The notes under the pieces were generated by a model. It was not told the origin of the DNA. It searched no databases and worked only from the letters and a program-made list of their open reading frames with translations. Positions 50,840-58,662 of a DNA stretch of 64,000 nucleotides are shown here, piece after piece (the first letter of the stretch is position 1; every line of letters starts with the position of its first letter). Made by a program: the position numbers and the translations under genes. Origin of the DNA: an uncultured delta proteobacterium (GTDB taxonomy: Bacteria > Myxococcota_A > Polyangia > Fen-1088). Where the stretch lies: the NCBI GenBank assembly GCA_963796685.1, contig CAWCMR010000020.1:32001-96000 (forward strand), read 5' to 3'.

Positions 50840-52305
50840 AGACCCGCGTGCTGGTGGTGGACGATTCGCCGCTCATTCGCGCGGTGCTGCGCGAAGCGTT
50901 CGAGCGGACCCACGACCTCGAAGTGGTGGGGGAGGCCGAGGACGGACGCCAGGCCGTCGCGTGCGTGCGCGAGCTTCGGCCCGACATCGTGACCATGGAC
51001 GTGGTCATGCCGGTCATGGACGGCCTTTGCGCCACCGAAGAGATCATGCGCGTGCAGCCAACCCCGATCGTCATCATCGCACGTGACGGCGGCAATGCAC
51101 GGGCCCTGGCCGTCGAGGCCCTGGGCAAGGGCGCGCTGGAGGTCTTCCCCAAACCCGCCGGCGGTTTCGACGATCCGCTCGCGCTCGAGCTGGCGGTCGC
51201 CATCAGGCGCTTGGCGAGCGCGGCCAGGCAGAGCCGGCGCTTTTTCCCGTCGGCGGTCACGTTGGCGGAGAAGATCCGCGTGCTCTTGGTGGACGATTCC
51301 TCTCTGATTCGCCAAGTGATTCGTCAGGCGCTCGCGCGGGTTCCCGACATCGAAATCGTCGCCGAGGCTGGCGACGGCATGGCAGCGGTCAGACTGGTGG
51401 CCGAGCTTCGACCGGACGTGGTGTGTCTGGACATGCTCATGCCCATCATGGGTGGCCAAGAAACGGCGCAACAGCTTCTCCGCCGTTTCTCCCGGCCCGG
51501 CATCCTGCTCGTCACCCGCGATGAAGAGGCCGCGCGAGGACTGCTTGCCGGGCAGGTGCCCGGTGCACCCATCGAGATCTTTCTCAAACCCAGCTCGGGC
51601 TTCGACGACATCGGCAGCGCGGAGTTGGCGGTTGCGATTCGTCGCCTGGCGCAGGCGTGCGGTTCCCACGCACGCTCTTCCGCCCCCCCGCATCCCCGCT
51701 TGGACCCCATCCATCCCGTGCAGGTGTCCATCGTCGGGATCGCGGGATCGACCGGGGCTCCGCGGGTCTTGCGCGACCTCGTGCGCGGGTTGCCGTCCGA
51801 TTTTCCCGTGCCCATCGTGCTCGTTCAACACACCGAGCGCGGCTATGCCGACTCCTTCGCCCATTGGTTGTCCATGGACTCACCGCTGTCCGTCCGCTTG
51901 GGGCGCGACGGCCACGTGCTGGTCGCGGGGGAAATCGTCGTGGCTCCCGACGATCTGCACATGGAGATTCATACCGGCGGCGTGGTGGCCTTGCGGGCGA
52001 CCTCGCCCGTCAGCGGATTTCGTCCTTCTGCGACGGTGTTGCTGACCTCGCTGGCCGCGGCCTACGGGCAGCATAGCCTGGGGATGGTGCTATCCGGCAT
52101 GGGCAGCGACGGCGTCGAGGGGCTGGGCGCAGTCTATTCGGCGGGCGGCTGCGCGATCGTCGAGGATCCGGACACCGCCGCGGTGCCCGGGATGCCCAAG
52201 CGAGCCCTGGTTTGCGCCACTGGCGCGCACGTCGCCCGGGCTTCACACCTGGCTTGGTTGCTCATCGAATTGGCGGGCAGCGGGCGAAACTGGAAGCACG
52301 CCTGA
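50836..52305 (+). CDS. cheB: CheB methylesterase with two tandem receiver domains
   Basis: Two V(V/L)DDS REC copies; GSTGAP, VQH, RPSA, SGMGSDG. Confidence 0.9.
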   Translation: MKTRVLVVDDSPLIRAVLREAFERTHDLEVVGEAEDGRQAVACVRELRPDIVTMDVVMPVMDGLCATEEIMRVQPTPIVIIARDGGNARALAVEALGKGALEVFPKPAGGFDDPLALELAVAIRRLASAARQSRRFFPSAVTLAEKIRVLLVDDSSLIRQVIRQALARVPDIEIVAEAGDGMAAVRLVAELRPDVVCLDMLMPIMGGQETAQQLLRRFSRPGILLVTRDEEAARGLLAGQVPGAPIEIFLKPSSGFDDIGSAELAVAIRRLAQACGSHARSSAPPHPRLDPIHPVQVSIVGIAGSTGAPRVLRDLVRGLPSDFPVPIVLVQHTERGYADSFAHWLSMDSPLSVRLGRDGHVLVAGEIVVAPDDLHMEIHTGGVVALRATSPVSGFRPSATVLLTSLAAAYGQHSLGMVLSGMGSDGVEGLGAVYSAGGCAIVEDPDTAAVPGMPKRALVCATGAHVARASHLAWLLIELAGSGRNWKHA

Positions 52306-52402
52306 CGCGCGGGACCCGGGTTGCCCGGCGGGTGAAGGCTTCGTCGCAGAAAAGGCCAAGCCCGCTTCCCTCGCAGGGCGCGTTGGCGGAAGATGCGCCT
52401 CG

Positions 52403-52849
52403 GTGTTCGACTTCCTCCGCCATGGGCTGCACGACTTTCGAGCGCTGGGTTGGCCGGTCGGGCTGGCGCTCGGGCTGGGCGTGCCCTTGGCGTCCTTTCT
52501 CCTGGGCATGGCCCTGGTGGTCGGATTGCCGTCGGACTTCTTCGTGCGACCTCCCAAGCACCGGTGGCCATCCCATCCGATTTGCAGGCTTGCGCTGCTC
52601 GTGGGGAAGAATCTTCTCGGTTTGCTCGTGTTCGTGGCCGGATTCATCATGGCCTTGCCGCTCGTGCCAGGCCCCGGCGTTCTCTTCATGCTGGTGGGAA
52701 TGGCGCTCGTGGATTTTCCCGGCAAGCGAGCCCTCGCGCGTAGACTCCTGTCCGAACGCCACGTGCTTTCGTCGGTCAACAGGATGCGGGCGCGCTTCGG
52801 CAAAGCTCCCATTCTGACCAAGGATCGCGGGGGCCAGTCTTCCGGGTAA
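52403..52849 (+). CDS. PGPGW-like membrane protein
   Basis: KNLLG...VPGPG...DFPGKR. Confidence 0.75.
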   Translation: MFDFLRHGLHDFRALGWPVGLALGLGVPLASFLLGMALVVGLPSDFFVRPPKHRWPSHPICRLALLVGKNLLGLLVFVAGFIMALPLVPGPGVLFMLVGMALVDFPGKRALARRLLSERHVLSSVNRMRARFGKAPILTKDRGGQSSG

Positions 52850-52871
52850 GAGCTGTGGTAGACAGCGGTTC

Positions 52872-53075
52872 ATGACTGGCAGTACCGCGTTCATGTGTTC
52901 CATGTGCCGCAAGCCCATTCCGGTTGGTGGCAAGGTGATTCGGTGTTCGGTTTCCACGTGCAACTCGGGCAAGATCAAGCTCGTGTTCTGCTCGCCCGCG
53001 TGCTGGGATTCACACCTTCCCGATGCCCGCCATCGCAGCGCCTACTTCATCGAGGAGACTGCGCGCCGAGAGTGA
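52872..53075 (+). CDS. Small Cys/His-rich zinc-finger protein
   Basis: CSMC, CSVSTC, FCSPACWDSH. Confidence 0.65.
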   Translation: MTGSTAFMCSMCRKPIPVGGKVIRCSVSTCNSGKIKLVFCSPACWDSHLPDARHRSAYFIEETARRE

Positions 53076-53203
53076 CGGCGAGGTTGCACCGCGGTGGCCC
53101 TGTGCGGCATCGCATGGTGATGCGACCAGCAGTGATGATGCAGTCACCGCTCCGACTCTAATTCGTTGGTTGTCTATGTTCTGAACAGTTTTGGAGGGCA
53201 CAC

Positions 53204-54313
53204 ATGAACTCAAGGAAGCTCGGTTCGACCTTGCTGGTAACGCGAACATGGTTTGCATGCGCCGCGATCACGATGCTGGCCGTCTCAGGGTGTTCAAGCG
53301 ATTCCACGCCGAAGAAGAACGATGGCGGAGTTGGCGGGTCTGGTGGTTCGGGAACCATGACCACTGGCAAGGGCGGTTCCGGAGGGGCCGGCACGGGCGG
53401 GGTCACCACCAACGGGGGGGTAAGTGGCACCGGCGGAATCGGCGCAGGTGGAACCGGAGGTACGACGAAACTCGATGGTGGACCGGGTACGGGCGGTAGC
53501 CAGGTCGATGGCGGAGGCGGCGCGGGTGGCAATCCGGTTGACAGCGGCACGGGCGGCGCGGCCATCGACGGCCCGATGGACAAGCCGATCCCCAACGACC
53601 TGGAGATTGACACACCGATTTCCAACGACGCGCCCGCGGATCTTCCGCCCGCGCTCGATACGCCTGGCGTAGACGGCGGTACCTGCGGCAACGCCGGTGA
53701 AGCCTGTTGTGCGGGCTCCACCTGCAACAGCGGCGGTTGCTGCGTGCCGGCCCGTACTGGCGGCGGAACCGAGTGCGTTGCCTCGGGCAGCGCCTGCACC
53801 GACGTGGGCGGCACCTGTTCCTCGGGCGCCTGCGTCGGCACCGATGCCGGAACTTGTGGCGGACCAGGCGATGAATGCTGCATCCGAACCGCTGGCGGCG
53901 GACCTGGCGGTGGTACCCGGATCTGCACAGGCGGCAACCTGACCTGCGGAACCGGCGATGCATCTCCCGGCATGTGCGAGGCCTGCGGTGAATTGGATCA
54001 GCCGTGCTGTGGCTCCACCGCCAACAACAGAACCTGTACCGCCGCCAACACCGAGTGCACCGGAGCGGGCAACAATCGAACGGGCACTTGCACGGCTTGC
54101 GGTGGTAACGGCGAGGTCTGCTGCGGTGGTGCCACCTGTGGCGCGTCGCTCGTGTGTCGTGGCAACGGTGGCAATGCGGCTTGCGAGCCGTGCGGCGCCG
54201 CCGGTCAGCCCTGCTGTGGCACGGGCGTGCTGGCGAACCGAACCTGCGATGCGAACCTCAAGTGTACGCCGTCGGAGGCTGGTGGCGGCACGAACAACGC
54301 AAGGTGCGAATAG
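53204..54313 (+). CDS. Cys-rich repeat lipoprotein (5 CGxxGxxCC-type units)
   Basis: RBS GGAGG; lipobox VSGC; Gly linker; Asp/Pro spacer. Confidence 0.8.
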   Translation: MNSRKLGSTLLVTRTWFACAAITMLAVSGCSSDSTPKKNDGGVGGSGGSGTMTTGKGGSGGAGTGGVTTNGGVSGTGGIGAGGTGGTTKLDGGPGTGGSQVDGGGGAGGNPVDSGTGGAAIDGPMDKPIPNDLEIDTPISNDAPADLPPALDTPGVDGGTCGNAGEACCAGSTCNSGGCCVPARTGGGTECVASGSACTDVGGTCSSGACVGTDAGTCGGPGDECCIRTAGGGPGGGTRICTGGNLTCGTGDASPGMCEACGELDQPCCGSTANNRTCTAANTECTGAGNNRTGTCTACGGNGEVCCGGATCGASLVCRGNGGNAACEPCGAAGQPCCGTGVLANRTCDANLKCTPSEAGGGTNNARCE

Positions 54314-54335
54314 TCCAGGTCTTCGCAACCTGATT

Positions 54336-54372
54336 CCCTAGGCCGAAGCTTCCAGGGAGCTTCGACCTAGGG
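54336..54372. terminator. Long hairpin between convergent genes
   Basis: CCCTAGGCCGAAGCTTCC / GGGAGCTTCGACCTAGGG; no U-tract. Confidence 0.4.
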
Positions 54373-54413
54373 CTGCTGTTCCGGATTCAGCGGCCCCGGC
54401 AGTGGTGCTCTAG

Positions 54414-54571
54414 GAGGCTGGTGTCAAACGGCTCCCGTCGCTTGGCGGGCTGCGGGCCCCGCCCGCTTCGTTGCTCGTCGGTTAAATACGTCCAGTATTC
54501 GCCCTCCTCGCGCCTCGCGGCCGGGGCTCCTCGCTCCGCCAGCGCTCGGTCCGCCATTTAACACCAGCCTC
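54414..54571. mobile_element. 158-bp MITE with CTAG target duplication
   Basis: TIR GAGGCTGGTGTCAAACGGC vs reverse complement GAGGCTGGTGTTAAATGGC (17/19); CTAG at 54410-54413 and 54572-54575. Confidence 0.8.
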
Positions 54572-55702
54572 CTAGAAGAAGGTGTAGATGAGGGTCGCTT
54601 CGGTGAGCGTGTCGACCTTGTCGGCGAATCCCAAGGTGAAGCCCGGCGCTGGCGTGGCCCCCGACGGGGTTCCGGCCGGCATGGGGCGCGGGGCCGGATT
54701 CTGGTCGTACTTGAGCGCGAAGCTGAACCCGAAGCTGAGCTGCTTGTAGAGATTCGTGGACAGTCCGACCTTCGCGTTCACGCGCGTGTCTTTGAAGGCT
54801 TTCACGCCGGGGTTTCCCGTGGCGACATCGATGGCCTTGCTTTCCTTGTTCAGGTTGAAGAGCGCCTCGACGCTGGCCGTGATGCCGGTTTCCTGGGTCA
54901 GCGACAGGGTCTCCCCGACGAGAACGCGCGCCGAATGAATGGCAACCGGATCGAGGGTGCTATCGCTGGGCTGAACGTAGCGCTCGTACGAGAAGTCGTA
55001 CCCGAGCTCGGCGACCACGATGTTCCATTGGTCCTTCAGCACCTGCCGGCTGTAGCCGACCTGGCCGCCGCCATAGAACGTCTTGCCCGCGATCTTGTCC
55101 GCGGCAGCCTGGCCGCTGGCGTACGCCGTGTTGTGCTCGGTGATAAATCGATCGTAGCGTCCCTTGGCCGCCCAGTTGTTGGTGCTGACCACCTGCTCGC
55201 GATGGATGCCCGTGATTTGGTTCGTCGAGCTGTCGACGTTGGTGACCAGGGTCTGGCTTGTCCCATAGGCCAGGCCGCCCTCCAGGGCCAGCTTGTTGTT
55301 GCCCTCTTTTCGGGAAGCGTTCAGTCCGAAGGTGAAGTTCTTCGACTGCGAGTTGCCGCTGGTGATGAGCAGGCCGCCCTTGCTCTGCGCCTTCCACTCG
55401 ACGGGATTCACGGGAGGCGTGGGCGGTGGCGGCGGGCTCGGGCAGGGAGGGGGGCAGTTGCACGTGGGCGCTGGCGCCGGCTTGGCCGCCTCGGTCGCGG
55501 GCGCGGTGTTGGCGGCCTCGTTGGCCGGCGCGGCGGGCGAGGCGGTTGGCGTTGTCGCAGCGGCAGCTTCGGGCTTGGGCGTCGCCTCGTCCTGCGCAAG
55601 CGCGCGACCGCTTGTCGGTGCAAGCGCCAGCAACGCCAAGGTGGCCGTCAGGATGGATTTTCGGGCCGAGGACGGAGAGGACGGAAGGGAATCTTGGGCC
55701 AT
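54572..55702 (-). CDS. DUF481 outer-membrane beta-barrel protein
   Basis: Signal peptide, TSGNSQS, amphipathic strands, terminal YTFF. Confidence 0.8.
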   Translation of the reverse strand: MAQDSLPSSPSSARKSILTATLALLALAPTSGRALAQDEATPKPEAAAATTPTASPAAPANEAANTAPATEAAKPAPAPTCNCPPPCPSPPPPPTPPVNPVEWKAQSKGGLLITSGNSQSKNFTFGLNASRKEGNNKLALEGGLAYGTSQTLVTNVDSSTNQITGIHREQVVSTNNWAAKGRYDRFITEHNTAYASGQAAADKIAGKTFYGGGQVGYSRQVLKDQWNIVVAELGYDFSYERYVQPSDSTLDPVAIHSARVLVGETLSLTQETGITASVEALFNLNKESKAIDVATGNPGVKAFKDTRVNAKVGLSTNLYKQLSFGFSFALKYDQNPAPRPMPAGTPSGATPAPGFTLGFADKVDTLTEATLIYTFF

Positions 55703-55834
55703 GTTAGGTCTCCGATGGTGAGTTGCAGGGGGCTCATACGATGCAAAAAGGGCGTTCCGGTTACGAAAATCGTCCTTTGGGTCAAGGAAGGCCCCAGACT
55801 GTAGCGGCGATTTACGGCAACCGCCAGCCCGGTG

Positions 55835-56662
55835 TCAGACCCACGTCTCTCGCCGAATGCCGCCGTCGAGCGCGACCACGATGGCCTTGATCGGCACCTT
55901 GCGCTTGGCCCGCGACACGGCCTCCTGGGCCAGCCTGAGCAAGCCCCCGCAGCACGGCACCTCCATGATCATCACGGAGAGGGTGTTGATCTCGGCCTCG
56001 TCGACCAGGGCGGTGAGCTTGTCGCGGTAGATGTCCATACCCTGGTCGAGCTTGGGGCAGGCGACCGCCAGCTTCTTGCCGGGCAGCCATGCCTGATTGA
56101 AGTCCGGCAGGGCAAAGGCCACGCAGTCGGCCGCCAGCAGCAGATCCGCGCCTTGAAACACCGGATTCATGGGCGAGATGAGGTGCAACTGCACCGGCCA
56201 CTGGGCGAGCTGGCTGGTGAGACCGACCCGGTGGGCGGCGGCATCGGGGACGCGCACGAAGGATCGAGGCGCGGAACCCGGACAGCCCTGGTGGGCAATC
56301 TTCTCGCGGTACTCCGGCACCGGGAGGCCAAGCTTCTCGAGATGGGCCAGCGCCTGGTCGAGGTAGGTGGTCTGGCCGTGCTCGTGCAGGTGCTTGAGAT
56401 GGGCCCTGAGCGTGGCGGCGCCTTTGGGGATGATTCCGTCCAAGGTGGTTCGCTCGTCGTAGGCGGCGGCCTCGCGCCGCTCGACGGTGATGGCGCCCTG
56501 CGGGCACTCGCCCACGCAGGCCCCCAGGCCGTCGCAGGTGATTTCGCTGACCAGCCGCGCCTTGCCCTCGATCATCTGCAAGGCCCCCTCGGGGCAGCCC
56601 TCGCAGCAAATCCCGCACCCGTCGCACTTGCTCTCGTCGATTCGAATGATCTGGCGCTCCAT
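55835..56662 (-). CDS. 4Fe-4S dicluster ferredoxin-domain protein
   Basis: CDGCGICCEGCP, CDGLGACVGECP, QWPVQL, AADC, ACPKLD, MEVPCC. Confidence 0.9.
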   Translation of the reverse strand: MERQIIRIDESKCDGCGICCEGCPEGALQMIEGKARLVSEITCDGLGACVGECPQGAITVERREAAAYDERTTLDGIIPKGAATLRAHLKHLHEHGQTTYLDQALAHLEKLGLPVPEYREKIAHQGCPGSAPRSFVRVPDAAAHRVGLTSQLAQWPVQLHLISPMNPVFQGADLLLAADCVAFALPDFNQAWLPGKKLAVACPKLDQGMDIYRDKLTALVDEAEINTLSVMIMEVPCCGGLLRLAQEAVSRAKRKVPIKAIVVALDGGIRRETWV

Positions 56663-56760
56663 CAGGTCCTCCACTGGAGCAGCATATAGGACAACTACGG
56701 TCTGCTTTCCAGTGTCGACGCAAAGGCGCCGCGTGGCAATTGGCCTCGATGCGCGCAGAA

Positions 56761-58464
56761 TCAGCGAGGCGGCCGGGCCTTGGCGTGGGCTCGAAGTCCC
56801 TGGGCTTGCTGCCAATCTGCCGCGGCGGCGTCGGTCTCGCCCATGCGGCGGTACATGTTGGCTCGGTTCCTGTAGTAGTCCGCCTCGGTCGGCCGAAGCC
56901 GGATGGCCTCGCTTGCGTCGGCCACCGCTTCGGCCAGCCTGCCCAGCCGCACGTAGGTGATGGCGCGATCGTTGAAATACGCCGAGCGCCGCTTGGTCGC
57001 GTGCTCGGCACCGACCGGCGGGGTGTAGCTCAAGGCCGCGTCGTAGTCGGCGAGCGCGCGTTGGTAGTCGCCCTGCTCGAAGTAGTACGAGGCACGATTG
57101 TTGTATGCCTCGGTATTCCACGGCTCGTAGCGGATGACCTGGCTCCACAGGGTCTCGCTGTCGTGCCACACTGCCATCTGTCGGATCGACAGCAATGAAA
57201 GCACGCCGGGAGCGAGCGCCATCGCCAGCACCAGCGCCGCGGCCTGCCAGCGCGAGGCCAAGGCTCCCGCCTTGTTCCACAGGGCCGCGAACCCAGCGCC
57301 GCCGAGCAGCGAAAGCGCGACCGCGGGCAGGTAGGTATAGCGATCCGCCATGGCCTGCGGCCCGACCTGCACGATTCCCATGACCGGCAAGAGCATGAGG
57401 AGATAGCACGCGAGCGCGGTCAGCGCGGCCCGGCTCCGTCGCGCCATCCACGCGCATCCGACTACCAGCAGGACCAGCACCGCCACCGGAACGGCGAACC
57501 GCCACGAGGCCCAGGACACGTCTTGCGGATACGAATAGAGCGGTAAGAGCTGCGACGGCCACAGGGTCTTGCCGAGGTAGCCTACCGTCGCGTGAACCGC
57601 CACCAGGGCCTTGGTCGCCAGGGGCACGCCGCGCATGGCGCGAAAGGCTCCCGCCGCGCGCTGGGCCTTCAGGGTGACGATGGCCGAGGCCGCGGCCAGG
57701 ACCAGGAAGGGGATCTTTTCCGCGAGCAGTCGCCGGATTCGCGTGTGTGCGAGACGCTGCAAGGGATAGGCATCGAGAACGAGCAGCACGAGCGGGAAGC
57801 TCACGGCCATCGGCTTGCTAAGCAGGGCGAGCAAGAAGCAGGCGAGGGCGCCGGCGAAGAAACGCTTCCTGTCTCGGCCGGCGGACTCGCTGCTCGCCTC
57901 TTCCCTTTGTCCCCCGGCGTAGCGAAGGTAGCAGAGCAGGCCCGCCAGGTAGAACGCGGCGCACAGCAGATCCTTGCGTTCCGACACCCAGGCCACCGAT
58001 TCCACGCGCAGCGGGTGCAGCCCCCACAGAAGGCCCGCCGCGATTCCCGCCACGATCTCGCGCGCGGCGCGCGCGGATCGGGCAGCCGGGCGCGCCCGGG
58101 CCAGCGCGCAGGAAAGCACGACCACCAGACCGGCGTTGAGCCCGTGAAGCAGGATGCTGGTCAGGTGGTGTCCGAACGGGCGCATGCCCCACAGGGCGCA
58201 GTCGGCCGCGTGCGACAGCTCGGTGAGCGGGTGCCAGTTCCCGCTGGCGTGAACGCTGGTAAATGTCCCGAGCAGCGAGGTCAGGGTCAAATGGAGTAGG
58301 CGCGGATTGCGGTACACGTAGATGTCGTCGTCCCAACCGACGAACCCGTTGCGCAGGACCGGGCTGCAGACCACGCACACCAGCAGCGCGACGGCCAGGG
58401 CCGCGTGGCGGACGGAAAGCCTTCCGCCGTTCCCTTCTCTCTCCACCTGGCTCATCATGAACAC
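56761..58464 (-). CDS. TMTC-like GT-C glycosyltransferase with C-terminal TPRs
   Basis: WDD, WHPL, HPLRVESVAWVSERKD, SKP, ADRYTYLP; TPRs. Confidence 0.88.
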   Translation of the reverse strand: MFMMSQVEREGNGGRLSVRHAALAVALLVCVVCSPVLRNGFVGWDDDIYVYRNPRLLHLTLTSLLGTFTSVHASGNWHPLTELSHAADCALWGMRPFGHHLTSILLHGLNAGLVVVLSCALARARPAARSARAAREIVAGIAAGLLWGLHPLRVESVAWVSERKDLLCAAFYLAGLLCYLRYAGGQREEASSESAGRDRKRFFAGALACFLLALLSKPMAVSFPLVLLVLDAYPLQRLAHTRIRRLLAEKIPFLVLAAASAIVTLKAQRAAGAFRAMRGVPLATKALVAVHATVGYLGKTLWPSQLLPLYSYPQDVSWASWRFAVPVAVLVLLVVGCAWMARRSRAALTALACYLLMLLPVMGIVQVGPQAMADRYTYLPAVALSLLGGAGFAALWNKAGALASRWQAAALVLAMALAPGVLSLLSIRQMAVWHDSETLWSQVIRYEPWNTEAYNNRASYYFEQGDYQRALADYDAALSYTPPVGAEHATKRRSAYFNDRAITYVRLGRLAEAVADASEAIRLRPTEADYYRNRANMYRRMGETDAAAADWQQAQGLRAHAKARPPR

Positions 58465-58662
58465 GCAAGCTGTACAAGAACCACAGAGCTGTCAAACCCC
58501 GATGTCATGCGGGCACCGGTGCGCACCGCGGGGAAAACGACCTGACGAGAGGAATCGACATGGCGAAGCAGGGCGGGATCGTTCTTGGTTGGTCCTTGAG
58601 CATACTCCTCCTCGGGTGTTCGGACTGACCTGGAACAACCGTAGCGATGGTATGTTCGAAGC

